A stretch of DNA of 62,323 nucleotides, the filler included, from Thermodesulfobacteriota bacterium (lineage in GTDB: Bacteria; DASVDK01), in the NCBI GenBank assembly GCA_036381125.1. It is 8 parts of 8 records of this genome, joined end to end, with 100 filler letters (N's around TTAATTAATTAA, not from the genome) between each part and the next. Parts side by side here need not be neighbours in the genome. Positions count along the whole stretch, not along the records: positions 1 to 12,189 come from DASVDK010000174.1; 7 more parts are not named here. One strand, 5' to 3'. Numbering within the stretch: the stretch's first letter is position 1; each line of letters starts with the position of its first letter. Shown piece after piece: positions 1 to 9,369 of the stretch. The translations under genes and the position numbers were made by a program. The notes under the pieces are model-generated. The model searched no databases and was not told where the DNA came from. It saw only the letters and a program-made list of their open reading frames with translations.

Positions 1-498
1 GCGGTCTATCTCTTGCTGCACGACGTCGTCGTGCTGCCGGCGCTCTTCCTGGCGGTGGCCTTCGTGGATCGGCGCTACGGTCGCGGGGCGCCGGGCGGCC
101 TCCTCGGCCCCCACCCGGGGCTCGCCGCGCTCTTCCTCGCGGCCGGCGCCTCGCTCGCCGGGGCGCCGCCCTGGAGCGGCTTCTTCGGCAAGCTCGCCCT
201 CCTCGACGCGCTCTTCGCCGCCGGGCGGGGGGACCTCGTCCCGGTGGTCCTCGTGGCGAGCCTGCTGACGCTCGCCGCGATGATCCGGCTCTTCGTGGGG
301 CTCTTCTGGGGCGGCCAGGACCGCCCGGCCGCGGAGCCGAGGCCGATGGACCCGGCCACGGCCTGGCCGTTGACGAGCCTCGTCGCCCTGTCGCTCGCCC
401 TCGGCCTCGCCGCCGGGCCGGTGCTCGCCCTCGCCTCGGCGGCGGCCGGCGGGCTCGTGGACCCCTCGGCCTACGTGGCCGCGGTCCTGGGCGGCTAG
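1..498 (+). CDS. mrpD: Mrp/Mnh Na+/H+ antiporter subunit D, C-terminal part (5' truncated by the window)
   Basis: Open from base 1. Hydrophobic, with the SLAGAPPWSGFFGKL motif of the MrpD/NuoM family, and followed by E, F, G subunits. Confidence 0.85.
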   Translation, partial: AVYLLLHDVVVLPALFLAVAFVDRRYGRGAPGGLLGPHPGLAALFLAAGASLAGAPPWSGFFGKLALLDALFAAGRGDLVPVVLVASLLTLAAMIRLFVGLFWGGQDRPAAEPRPMDPATAWPLTSLVALSLALGLAAGPVLALASAAAGGLVDPSAYVAAVLGG

Positions 499-511
499 GA
501 AGGGGCGCGCC

Positions 512-1015
512 GTGCCGCTCGCGCTGCTGCTCGTCGCGTGGCTCGCCGTCGTCTGGGTGCTCGTCGCCGACAGGCCGAGCGTCGGCAGCCTGGCCGCCGG
601 CCTGGTGGTCGGCGGTCTCGTGGTGGCCGTCCTCGGCCCGCCCCGCGGGCGCATCACGGCGGCGGGGCTCGGCTCGAGCCTGGCGCTCGGCGCAACGGTG
701 CTCGTCCGGACGGTTCGCTCGAGCGTCGGCGTGGCGCGGGTGATCCTCGGCCCCGCCCGCCGCTTCCGCCCGGGCCTCGTCGTCGTCCCGCTCGGCAAGC
801 CGCTGCCCGGCGCCGGCCTCGCGGCCGTGACGGTGCTGACGACGCTCTCCCCCGGGACCGTGGTGCTCGACGTGTCCGAGGACGGCCGGAGCCTGTACGT
901 CCACGCGATCGACGCGCGCGACCCCGAGGCGATCCGCCGCGAGGTCGCCGCGGGGACCGCCGAGGCCGTCGCGGCGATCGCCCGCACCACGACGCCGGGG
1001 GGCCGCCGTGCCTGA
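512..1015 (+). CDS. mrpE: Mrp antiporter subunit E
   Basis: N-terminal TM helices; TTLSPGTVVLDV..LYVHAID motif typical of MnhE. Confidence 0.9.
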   Translation: MPLALLLVAWLAVVWVLVADRPSVGSLAAGLVVGGLVVAVLGPPRGRITAAGLGSSLALGATVLVRTVRSSVGVARVILGPARRFRPGLVVVPLGKPLPGAGLAAVTVLTTLSPGTVVLDVSEDGRSLYVHAIDARDPEAIRREVAAGTAEAVAAIARTTTPGGRRA

Positions 1016-1319
1016 CGGCCGCTCCCTCGTCGACGCGGCCGCGACGGGCGGGTTGGTCGTCGTCGGCCTCGCCGCGCTCGCGCTCCTCTACCGCGTGGTC
1101 CGGGGGCCCACGGTCCTCGACCGGCTCGTGGCGATCGACGCGATCACCGTGAACATCATCGCGTTCGTGGCGCTCTTCGGCGTCGGCTTCGAGACGGCCG
1201 CGTTCGAGTCGCGCGTCTACCTGGACGTCGCGCTCGTGGTGGCCGTCATCGCGTTCCTCGCGACGGCGGCCGTGGCACGCTACGCGGTCCGCCCGCACCC
1301 CGACGACGCGGAGCGGTAG
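1008..1319 (+). CDS. mrpF: Mrp antiporter subunit F
   Basis: RVVRGPTVLDRLVAID motif, 3 TM, operon position. Confidence 0.9.
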   Translation: MPDGRSLVDAAATGGLVVVGLAALALLYRVVRGPTVLDRLVAIDAITVNIIAFVALFGVGFETAAFESRVYLDVALVVAVIAFLATAAVARYAVRPHPDDAER

Positions 1320-1727
1320 GTGCTCGCGCTCGAGGCCCTTGCGGCGCTCCTGATCGTGGCGGGCGTGACGTTCCTGGCGCTCGCGGCGTTGGGGATCCTG
1401 CGGCTGCCCAGCGTCTACATGCGTCTGCATGCCTCCGCCGTGGGCACGACGGTCGGCATCGGCGGCGTCGTCCTGGGTACGGCGCTGCACGCCTCGGTCA
1501 GCGAGTCCGGGCCGCGTCTCAAGGAGGTCCTCGTCCTCGCCTTCCTGCTCCTGACCGCGCCCGTCGCGTCGCACGTCCTCGGGCGGGCCGCATACCTGAC
1601 CGGGGCGCCGCACGCGCCGCCGGCGGCCCGTGCCGAGCGCCGGCCGGGCGAGCCGGGAGGCGCCGAGGACGTGCGGCGGCGGCCGGCCGCGTTGCGGCCG
1701 CGCGTGCGCCGCCGCGAGTCGTCGTGA
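1320..1727 (+). CDS. mrpG: Mrp antiporter subunit G
   Basis: GILRLPSVYMRLHA and LTAPVASH motifs. Confidence 0.9.
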   Translation: MLALEALAALLIVAGVTFLALAALGILRLPSVYMRLHASAVGTTVGIGGVVLGTALHASVSESGPRLKEVLVLAFLLLTAPVASHVLGRAAYLTGAPHAPPAARAERRPGEPGGAEDVRRRPAALRPRVRRRESS

Positions 1728-1728
1728 G

Positions 1729-2202
1729 CTAGCGCGGCGTGCCCGGCGCCGGCGGCGCGGCACCGGTCTGCTGGCCGCGGTCCATCGTGTTCGGGTTGGG
1801 CTGCACGGGGTTGCGGGGGTCGGGGTTGGCCGACGCGGGGCCGCCCGGGGTGACCCGGCCCGGCTGCGGCTCGGTGTATCCGGCCCCGCCGCCGCGCGTG
1901 GCCCCCGGCATCGGCTCGTCGCGTTCGGCGCTCACCCAGAGGTTGAACGCGTAGCCGATGAGCCAGACCGCCGCGATGACGCCCAGGACGATCAGGGCGG
2001 CCCGGAGGAACCCGCGGCGCTCGGCCCGCTCGTTCTGGGGCCGCCAGGTCGGGTGGTCTCCGCGGGGAACGCTCGCGTGCGGCCCGCCGCCGGCCGCCGG
2101 GTCGGGGCCCGACGCGGCACCGGGCGGCAGCCGCTCGAGCTCGTCCTGCGAGGCGACCCGCTCGCGCTCCTGCCGCTTCAGGTGCTCGTCGCGTCGCGCC
2201 AC
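1729..2202 (-). CDS. Hypothetical single-TM protein with Pro/Gly-rich tail
   Basis: GTG start abuts the upstream stop; one clear TM segment (LIVLGVIAAVWLIGY); GC3-rich codons. Confidence 0.6.
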   Translation of the reverse strand: MARRDEHLKRQERERVASQDELERLPPGAASGPDPAAGGGPHASVPRGDHPTWRPQNERAERRGFLRAALIVLGVIAAVWLIGYAFNLWVSAERDEPMPGATRGGGAGYTEPQPGRVTPGGPASANPDPRNPVQPNPNTMDRGQQTGAAPPAPGTPR

Positions 2203-2631
2203 CTAGCCCCGCACCTCGCGCTTCAGGTCGCGGATCTCGTCGCGCGCCCAGTCCCTGTCCTCGCGCAGCGTCTCGCGGCTCTCGGGCATCGCTTCGGTCA
2301 CGGCCTGCAGGCGCTTGATTCCGACCGACGTCGCGATCCCGCCGATCACGGCCAGGACGACGCCGACGATCAGCGCGGCGGCCCAGGCCGGCATGGCCAG
2401 GGCGAGCGCGTAGACGCAGGCGAGCATCAGGTAGATGAACCCGACGAGGCCGATCAGCCCTCCGGCGGCGAGCACGGCGGCCGCGCGTCCGGCCGAGCGG
2501 GCCGTGGCGCGCGCCTCCTGCTTGGCCAGCGCGATCTGCCGGTCGACGAGGATCGAGACGTCCTGATAGAGTTCGCGGATCAGCTCGCCCATCGGTTTGT
2601 CCGGGTTCGGTGGGCGTGACTCGTACCGCAT
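2203..2631 (-). CDS. Phage-holin-like (YhjD/DUF1469-type) membrane protein
   Basis: GGAGG RBS before ATG 2631; 'GELIRELYQDVSILVDRQIALAKQE', then 2 TM and 'PESRETLRED'. Confidence 0.8.
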   Translation of the reverse strand: MRYESRPPNPDKPMGELIRELYQDVSILVDRQIALAKQEARATARSAGRAAAVLAAGGLIGLVGFIYLMLACVYALALAMPAWAAALIVGVVLAVIGGIATSVGIKRLQAVTEAMPESRETLREDRDWARDEIRDLKREVRG

Positions 2632-2667
2632 GGGTGACTCTCCTCCAGCTGGTATCACGGGTACGCT

Positions 2668-2683
2668 TGCAATGCCCCTGCCG
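2668..2683 (-). promoter_or_regulatory. Putative sigma54 (-24/-12) promoter for the holin-like gene
   Basis: Minus strand CGGCAGGGGCATTGCA: GG-N10-GC with TTGC; predicted leader includes the RBS. Confidence 0.5.
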
Positions 2684-2745
2684 TGCGTCCCCGCATCGCA
2701 ACCTCGTTCCGAACGATGAGCCGGGCGGCACTGGGCGGCGGCGCT

Positions 2746-2761
2746 TGGCGTCGGCCTTGCA
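2746..2761 (+). promoter_or_regulatory. Putative sigma54 promoter for the dksA-like gene
   Basis: TGGCGTCGGCCTTGCA (GG-N10-GC). The implied leader would be very short, which lowers confidence. Confidence 0.4.
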
Positions 2762-2775
2762 CGGCTGGAGCGGCC

Positions 2776-3120
2776 ATGGACACCGAAGAGTTCCGGCGGA
2801 TACTCCTCGATCGCCGCCGCGAGGTGCTGAGCCGGATCGGCCGCGCGGAAGAGGACCTCGTCGAGGCCCGCGAGTCGGCCGAGATCGAGTCGGAGGAGTG
2901 GGCCCAGGAGGACCTGATCGCGGACGATCTCCTGTCGCTCGACGAGCGGAGCCGCGACGAGCTGCTCGCCATCAACGCGGCGCTGCAACGGATCGCCGAC
3001 GGCACGTACGGCCTGTGCAAGGTCTGCGGAGGGCCGATCCCGGAAGCTCGCCTGAGGGCGATGCCGACGGCGACGACGGACGTCGAGCACGCCGACGAGG
3101 AGGAGACGACCGCAAGCTAG
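2776..3120 (+). CDS. TraR/DksA family protein
   Basis: Coiled coil followed by 'INAALQRIADGTYGLCKVCGGPIPEARLRAMP'. Confidence 0.9.
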   Translation: MDTEEFRRILLDRRREVLSRIGRAEEDLVEARESAEIESEEWAQEDLIADDLLSLDERSRDELLAINAALQRIADGTYGLCKVCGGPIPEARLRAMPTATTDVEHADEEETTAS

Positions 3121-3396
3121 CTCGCCCGGACCGAAGTCCGGTGACAGGAATCGGCGCTCGGCTCCTGGCATGGGCGAGGGCAGAGGCCCGCGACGACCGT
3201 GCGCCTCCGGCGGCGTTCGAGCAGGCGTTCGCCCACTACCTGCTCGACCAGGCCGGCTTCCCCATCGATCGCAACCGCGCGCACGACCATCCGACCTTCA
3301 CGACCTGCATCGGGCCGACGCTCCACCAACCGTTGACCGTCCCGGACCGCGGGGAGGCCTGTCGAGCGGCCCTCGCCAGAACGGCACCGAGCCGCG

Positions 3397-4338
3397 CTAC
3401 GTGCTCGCCAGGTCGACGACCGCCTCGAGGACGACCGCGGCGACCTGCGCGAGGAACGCAGGGTCGAGCGTCTCGGGCGTGTCGCTCGCCCGATGATAGT
3501 GGGGGCTGCGGAACTCGGTGGTGTCGGTCAGCATGACGGCCGGCCACCCCGCGTCCCAGAACGGCGCGTGGTCGCTGCGGCGCATGTCCGCGAACGGTCC
3601 GCGCGCCACGCCGGGGGCCACGAAGTACGGGTCCGGCGGCACCGTGCGGAGGGACGGGGCGACGCGGCGGGCTGCCGCGAGGAGCCGATCGAGGAGGGGG
3701 CGCGAGGCCTCGTTGGCGACCAGGGCGAGGAAGTCGCCCCGATCGGGCAGCCTGATGAAGGCGGGGCTGCGCTGCGTCGCGCTCGTGAAGCCGACCGACT
3801 CGACGACGAGCGCACCCGCCACCGCGACCCCGGCCTCCCGGAGCGCCTGCACGTAGCCCGTCGATCCCAGGAGCCCCGGCTCCTCGAGCGTGAAGGCGAC
3901 GAGCCGCACGCCGCGCCGCGGCCGCCAGCCGGCCCGGCGCCGCGCGGCCAGGGCCGCGGCCACGGCGAGGAGCACCGCCACACCGGAGGCGTTGTCGTCG
4001 GCGCCGGGGCTTCCGGGGACCGTGTCGTAGTGGGCGCCGAGGACCGCCACCGGCGCCTCGGGGTCGTCCCCGTCGAGGACCGCCTCGACGTTCTCGCAGG
4101 TCGCGGCCTTCAGATCGGCCGGGAAGCGGCCGCCGGGCGGGTCGAGCGGGCGCTCGTGGGCGGGATCTCGCGCCGGCAGCCGCCCGGAGACCTGGAGGCG
4201 CCGCACCGGGAGGCCGGCCGAGCCGAGGCGTGCGGCGAGGAGGTCGGCCGCCGCCGCGAGCCCCGACACGCCCGGGTGACGCGGGCCGAGTGCGGCGAGC
4301 GCACGCACGTCGGCCAGGAGCGCGGCCTCGTCGATCAC
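3397..4338 (-). CDS. M28 family metallopeptidase
   Basis: GAHYDT, PGADDNASG, FTLEEPG, RSDH and YH motifs; GTG overlaps the upstream TGA. Confidence 0.9.
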   Translation of the reverse strand: MIDEAALLADVRALAALGPRHPGVSGLAAAADLLAARLGSAGLPVRRLQVSGRLPARDPAHERPLDPPGGRFPADLKAATCENVEAVLDGDDPEAPVAVLGAHYDTVPGSPGADDNASGVAVLLAVAAALAARRRAGWRPRRGVRLVAFTLEEPGLLGSTGYVQALREAGVAVAGALVVESVGFTSATQRSPAFIRLPDRGDFLALVANEASRPLLDRLLAAARRVAPSLRTVPPDPYFVAPGVARGPFADMRRSDHAPFWDAGWPAVMLTDTTEFRSPHYHRASDTPETLDPAFLAQVAAVVLEAVVDLAST

Positions 4339-4943
4339 GGTCGCCTGGCCTCCGGGAAGGCGGTCTCGACCAGGCTCGGCGCGTCCCGCTCGGCGGCGAA
4401 GCGCCGGAGGGCCCCCCGCACGAGGCGAGGGTCGCGGTCGGCCTCGTCCATCTCCGCCGCCTCCTGTCGCGCGAGCCCGGCTCGCGCCTCGGCGAGGGGA
4501 AGGCGGCCGGCCGCCGCCGCCTGCATCGCGCCGCACTCGAAGAGGACGCAGGTGAGCGGCCGGCCCACGGCGAAGACCTGGCAGCGCCACGCCCCCGCGC
4601 GCCGCTCGAGGAAGGGGCACCGGCCCCCGCCGAAGTCGAGGATCTGCTCGCCGTTCCAGTCCTCGAGCGTGACCGCGGCCTTGAACTCGGCGAACGACCC
4701 GGGCTCCCCGTAGGCCGACCAGTAGCGGCCCACCTCGTCGTCCAGCACCGGCACGCGGTTCTGCGTCCCGAAGCAGCACGGCCCGCAGCCGGCGCAGAGC
4801 GCGTCGCGCCAGTTTGCCTCCAACGGCTCGCGGCCGGCGGCCGCTACGCGGCCGCCCGCCGGGGTGAACCCGGGCTCCGCGCCCCGGCGTGTCCCGGGCC
4901 GTTGCGCCGCCGGCGGCGCGCCCGTCTCGGGGGCGCGGCTCAT
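4335..4943 (-). CDS. YkgJ-family (CxxCxxCC) cysteine-cluster protein
   Basis: CAGCGPCC…CPFL…CQVF..RPLTCVLFEC; ATGA overlap with the upstream gene. Confidence 0.85.
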   Translation of the reverse strand: MSRAPETGAPPAAQRPGTRRGAEPGFTPAGGRVAAAGREPLEANWRDALCAGCGPCCFGTQNRVPVLDDEVGRYWSAYGEPGSFAEFKAAVTLEDWNGEQILDFGGGRCPFLERRAGAWRCQVFAVGRPLTCVLFECGAMQAAAAGRLPLAEARAGLARQEAAEMDEADRDPRLVRGALRRFAAERDAPSLVETAFPEARRP

Positions 4944-5974
4944 GCCGCGCCTCCCGGTGCGAACCTCGGCCGGAGCGCGCCGGCGATCGCCTCGGGCCGG
5001 TAGAAGGCCAGGAACTCGCCCTGGTACACGACGAACGACATGTCGTTCATCCCGGCCGGCAGGACGACGAGCCGGGGCGTGAGGCGGAGCTGCAGCCGGA
5101 AGCCGCGGTGCTGCGGCTCCTCCACGGCGAAGACGACGAGGTTGAAGGCCCAGAAGCCGAGGGCGTCGAGAAAGCCGAGGACCCGGACGAGCCCGTCGGC
5201 CAGCGGGAGGAGGTCGGCCGGGTCGAGACGCTCGAACGACGCGGCCCGCTCGTGCACGGCCAGGACCTCGAAGAACCGACTGCGCGGGGCGAAGGCGGTG
5301 AGCCAGGTCCACGGACCTGTCATCCCCACGACCCGCTCGCCGCGCCGCTGCTCGTCGGCGAGGTAGTCCGGCCAGAAGTCGCGCCCGGTGCGCGCGCGGT
5401 AGCGCTCCGCCGCCTCGGTGAGGCTGACCCAGTAGCGGTAGGGGCGATCGCCTGCCACGAGCTGCATGTGGGGGTGGACGACCGAGCCGCCCGACGGCGG
5501 CATGAAGTTCCAGTTGAGGCTGCGGTGGCGTGCCTCGGGGAGGCGCGCGGCGACGGTGGCCAGGAAGCGCTGCGACAGCGCGAACGCCGCGGCGAGCCGC
5601 CCCGGCTCCATGTCGGCGAGTCGCAGCAGGTGCGTCCGGCCGAGGACCACCACCGCGCAGACGAGGTCGTACGGCAAGAGGTTCGGCACGACGACCATGT
5701 CGCCGTCGCGCATCCGGCCGCCCGGGATCAGGGTCTCGGGGAACCGGGGGGTCGCCGTGTCGATCCGCTCCGGGCAGAAGGGACAGCGCTCGCGGGTGGC
5801 GAGGTCGAGGGCGGCGAGGTCGGGGCGCGGCGGCACGCGGAAGGGGAAGTCGAAGACCCGCACGGTGTCGCCCGTCAGCGGGTCGACGCGCACCTCGGCG
5901 CCGCGCGTCGTCGGCTCGCCGGTCGCCGGGTCGAGGAAGGTCATGGTCTTCGGTTCGGCGACGAATTCGGGCAT
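4940..5974 (-). CDS. Galactose-1-phosphate uridylyltransferase-like (GalT/HIT) nucleotidyltransferase
   Basis: EVRVDPLTG, CPFC, NLLPY and GGSVVHPHMQ (HxHxQ) motifs. Confidence 0.8.
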   Translation of the reverse strand: MPEFVAEPKTMTFLDPATGEPTTRGAEVRVDPLTGDTVRVFDFPFRVPPRPDLAALDLATRERCPFCPERIDTATPRFPETLIPGGRMRDGDMVVVPNLLPYDLVCAVVVLGRTHLLRLADMEPGRLAAAFALSQRFLATVAARLPEARHRSLNWNFMPPSGGSVVHPHMQLVAGDRPYRYWVSLTEAAERYRARTGRDFWPDYLADEQRRGERVVGMTGPWTWLTAFAPRSRFFEVLAVHERAASFERLDPADLLPLADGLVRVLGFLDALGFWAFNLVVFAVEEPQHRGFRLQLRLTPRLVVLPAGMNDMSFVVYQGEFLAFYRPEAIAGALRPRFAPGGAA

Positions 5975-6094
5975 CGGGGCGAGGACACTCCCAGGTCGAG
6001 GCGCCGGTCACTCTAGCGCAAAGTCGACGTTTGACTATAACAGCGTTCCTTCGATAGAGTGACCCAATCGGCAGATCGGTGGAGGAGGTCCACT

Positions 6095-7087
6095 ATGCAG
6101 CGGATGCGCGCATCGAATGGTTCCCTCGTTCCGGCCGCCCTCGTGGCGCTCGTGCTCGGCGCGGGCGTCCTCGGCGCCTTCGGCCTGCGCGACGGCGTCG
6201 CGGCCGGCTACCCCGAGAAGCCCATCAGGGTCATCGTCCCGTGGGCCGCGGGCGGCGACACGGACATCATCGTGCGCCTCGCGGCGAGCATGGCGGAGAA
6301 GCACCTCGGGCAGCCGCTCGTCGTCGCCAACATCGCGGGCGCGTCGGGCACCACCGGCGCCCGGGAGGCGAAGGCGGCGCCGCCCGACGGCTACACGATC
6401 TACTCCGTGCACGACTCCATCCACACGACGTTCCACGTCGGCATGGGCAACGTCTCCTACCAGGACTTCGAGCCGATCGCCCTCCTGACCTCCACGTACT
6501 CCATCATCACGACGCACGGCGGGGCCAAGTGGAAGACGATGCAGGAGCTCATCGCCGACGCCAAGCAGCGCCCGGGGCAGATCACGATGGGCGCGTCGCT
6601 CGGCTCCACCTCCCACTTCTTCCCGGCGATGATCGAGAAGGCCGCCGGCGTGAAGTGGAAGTACGTGAGCTACGACGGCACGGCGCCGCGCATGACCGCG
6701 CTCCTCGGCGGGCACATCGACCTGGCCGAGAGCAACCTCACGCAGCTCGAGAAGGCGAAGGGGGGGCAGCTCCGCTTCCTCGCCGTCGCCTCGGAGGAGC
6801 GGCTCCCCGAGATCCCCGACGTCCCGACCCTCAAGGAGCTCGGCATCCCGGTCTTCTACGCGGTCAACCGCGGCTTCCTCGCCCCGAAGGGGACGCCGGA
6901 GGAGGCCCTCGCGAAGCTCGAGGCCGCGTTCGAGAAGGTGGCGACGGACCCGGCCTTCGAGGCCGAGATGGCCAAACAGGGGACGCAGGTGCGGTTCCTC
7001 GGGCGCAAGGCGTACGGCGAGTTCCTCGCCAGGAACGACGTCGAGAACGCCGAGATCGCCGCGGCGCTCGGGTACAAGAAGAAGTAG
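6095..7087 (+). CDS. tctC: Tripartite tricarboxylate transporter substrate-binding protein
   Basis: YPEKPIRVIVPWAAGGDTD, PDGYT and PDVPTLKE motifs; signal peptide; GGAGGAGG RBS. Confidence 0.92.
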   Translation: MQRMRASNGSLVPAALVALVLGAGVLGAFGLRDGVAAGYPEKPIRVIVPWAAGGDTDIIVRLAASMAEKHLGQPLVVANIAGASGTTGAREAKAAPPDGYTIYSVHDSIHTTFHVGMGNVSYQDFEPIALLTSTYSIITTHGGAKWKTMQELIADAKQRPGQITMGASLGSTSHFFPAMIEKAAGVKWKYVSYDGTAPRMTALLGGHIDLAESNLTQLEKAKGGQLRFLAVASEERLPEIPDVPTLKELGIPVFYAVNRGFLAPKGTPEEALAKLEAAFEKVATDPAFEAEMAKQGTQVRFLGRKAYGEFLARNDVENAEIAAALGYKKK

Positions 7088-7097
7088 ACGGGGCGCC

Positions 7098-7559
7098 ATG
7101 AACGGGGCCGGAGGAAGGCGTGCCGACGCCGTCATCGCCCTCGTCCTCCTGGCGCTCGCCGGGCTCGTCTTCTGGCGTGCGCGGGACATCGCGTCTCCGC
7201 CGTTCGTCCCGCTCTCGGCCGCCTTCTTCCCGAAGGTGCTCGCGGGCGTCCTGGCGATCCTCGCCCTGATCCTGCTCGTGCAGGGGCTCCGCGCGCGTCG
7301 CCGCCGGAGCCCCTCGGCGCCGGTCCTCCCGGCGCTCCTCGTCTTCGGCCCGCTCGGGGCCTACCTGCTCCTCGTCCCGGTCCTCGGCTTCTTCAGCGCG
7401 ACCTTCTTCTTCGTCCTGGCCGAGGGGATCCTCCTCGGCGAACGGCGCGCCGCGGCGCTCGGGCGCGCCGTCGCCGTCGCCGCCGGGACGACGGTTGTCT
7501 GCTATCTCGTCTTCGAGCGCTACCTGCGGGTCCTCTTCCCGGGCGGGCTCATCGGATGA
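7098..7559 (+). CDS. tctB: TTT small membrane subunit
   Basis: 4-5 TM, FPK motif, C-terminal F..YLRV.FP.G; lies between tctC and tctA. Confidence 0.85.
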   Translation: MNGAGGRRADAVIALVLLALAGLVFWRARDIASPPFVPLSAAFFPKVLAGVLAILALILLVQGLRARRRRSPSAPVLPALLVFGPLGAYLLLVPVLGFFSATFFFVLAEGILLGERRAAALGRAVAVAAGTTVVCYLVFERYLRVLFPGGLIG

Positions 7560-9079
7560 TCGCCGTCGGCGCGCTCGCCTCGGCCGCGGCGGCCGTCTTC
7601 GACCCGGGGGCGCTCGTCTCGCTCCTCGCGGGCGTCCTGGTCGGACTCGTCGGCGGCGCGATCCCCGGCATCACGATCACGATGACGACCATCCTCGTCC
7701 TGCCGTTCACGTTCGGCATGGACACGGTGAACGGGATCGCGACGATGATCGGCGTGTACGTCGGGGGCGAGTCGGGCGGCCTCGTCACGGCGTGCCTGCT
7801 CGGGATGCCCGGCACGCCGTCGGCGATCGCGACCACCTTCGACGGCTTCCCGATGGCGCGGCAGGGCGAGCCCGGGCGGGCCGTCTGGCTCGGCATCTGG
7901 TCCAGCCTCTTCGGCGGGCTCATCGCGGGGGTCTTCCTCGTCTACGGCACGATCTGGCTCGGCCGGCTCGCCCTCCAGTTCGGGCCGTGGGAGTACTTCT
8001 CCCTCTTCATCCTCACCCTCTCCATCGTGGCGAGCCTCTCGGAAGGGTCGATGCTGAAGGGGCTCGTCTCCGGGACGGTCGGCCTCCTCGCGACGACGGT
8101 CGGCACCGACCCGATCATGAGCGTCGAGCGCTTCACGTTCGGCACCGACCTCCTCAAGAGCGGGTTCCCGTTCCTGCCGATCCTGATCGGCATCTATGGG
8201 GTCACGCAGATCGTCGCCGACGTGCAGCGCCTGCGCGAGGGGGACGCGCGGCTCAAGGCCCGCGTCGACCAGGCGCGGCTCGCCGTGAGGCACCTCGCCG
8301 TGATCGGCGAGGTGCTCCGGGGATGGGGGAACCTGATCCGCTCGACGCTGATCGGGCTCTGGATCGGCGTGCTGCCGGCCGTCGGCGGCAGCGCCGCCAA
8401 CATCCTGGCCTACGACCAGGCGCGCAAGTGGTCGCGGCGCCCGGAGCGGTTCGGCCACGGGAGCCCCGAGGGGATCGTCGCGTCGGAATCGGCCAACAAC
8501 GCGAACGTCGCGGGCTCCCTCGTGACCATCATGGCGTTCGGCATCCCGGGCGACGCCGTCACGGCCGTCATGCTGGGGGCGCTCCTCGTGCACGGCATCG
8601 CGCCGGGCCCCCTCTTCATGACGAACAACCTCGACGTCGCCTACGCGATGTTCCTGGCGTACTTCGTGGCGTGCGTCGCGACGGTGGCCGTGGAGGCGGC
8701 CATCCTGCGCGTCTTCCTGCGCCTGATCAACGTGCCGCGCGACGTCCTCTTCCCGGTCATCCTCGTCCTCTGCGTGATCGGCGCCTACGCCCTCAACAAC
8801 CTCTGGGCCGACGTCTGGACGCTCTTCTTCTTCGGGATCCTCGGCGTCCTCATGGTCCGGTACGGCTTCCCGCTCGCCCCCATCATCCTCGGCGTCATCC
8901 TCGGCAACCAGATCGAACTCAACTTCATCCGCGCGCTGATGACCGACGCCGATCCCTGGCTCTTCCTTACGCGGCCCCTCTCGGGCATCATGCTACTGCT
9001 GACGCTCGCCTCGGTGGCGATCGCCATCTGGCAGACCCGGCGTGGCGCGCGCGCCGAGGCGATCGAGGTCGAGGGTTAG
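7556..9079 (+). CDS. tctA: TTT large membrane subunit
   Basis: GAIPG, MPGTPSAIATTFDGFPMA, ESANNA and GIPG motifs. Confidence 0.93.
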   Translation: MIAVGALASAAAAVFDPGALVSLLAGVLVGLVGGAIPGITITMTTILVLPFTFGMDTVNGIATMIGVYVGGESGGLVTACLLGMPGTPSAIATTFDGFPMARQGEPGRAVWLGIWSSLFGGLIAGVFLVYGTIWLGRLALQFGPWEYFSLFILTLSIVASLSEGSMLKGLVSGTVGLLATTVGTDPIMSVERFTFGTDLLKSGFPFLPILIGIYGVTQIVADVQRLREGDARLKARVDQARLAVRHLAVIGEVLRGWGNLIRSTLIGLWIGVLPAVGGSAANILAYDQARKWSRRPERFGHGSPEGIVASESANNANVAGSLVTIMAFGIPGDAVTAVMLGALLVHGIAPGPLFMTNNLDVAYAMFLAYFVACVATVAVEAAILRVFLRLINVPRDVLFPVILVLCVIGAYALNNLWADVWTLFFFGILGVLMVRYGFPLAPIILGVILGNQIELNFIRALMTDADPWLFLTRPLSGIMLLLTLASVAIAIWQTRRGARAEAIEVEG

Positions 9080-9106
9080 CCGGCCGCTTTCCACGGGAGG
9101 TACGAC

Positions 9107-9325
9107 ATGACGGTCAAGATCACCGCGCGACCCAACGGGCCCTACCTCGTTCAGGGCGACGTCGAGCTGTACGATCCGACGGGACAGAAGGTCGAGGTGG
9201 CGCCGGGGGCGACCATCGCGCTGTGCCGCTGCGGCGGGTCGACGACCAAGCCGTTCTGCGACGGGACGCACAGCAAGATCGGCTTCAAGGCCGCCGAGGC
9301 GGCCGTGAAGCGCGAGAAGCCGTGA
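9107..9325 (+). CDS. CDGSH iron-sulfur domain protein
   Basis: NGPYLV…ALCRCGGSTTKPFCDGTH. Confidence 0.92.
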   Translation: MTVKITARPNGPYLVQGDVELYDPTGQKVEVAPGATIALCRCGGSTTKPFCDGTHSKIGFKAAEAAVKREKP

Positions 9326-9369
9326 GCGTCAGCGCCCGGTCCGCCGCAGGTGGCCGGCTCGATCCAGCC

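Noticed and set aside
2203-2631. Holin-like gene as prophage evidence
   Set aside because: This family is common in chromosomes and no phage genes are nearby.
3141-3340. Coding-like stretch (…AFEQAFAHYLLDQAGF…) after dksA
   Set aside because: No recognisable family or clean stop before the convergent M28 gene; at most a gene remnant.
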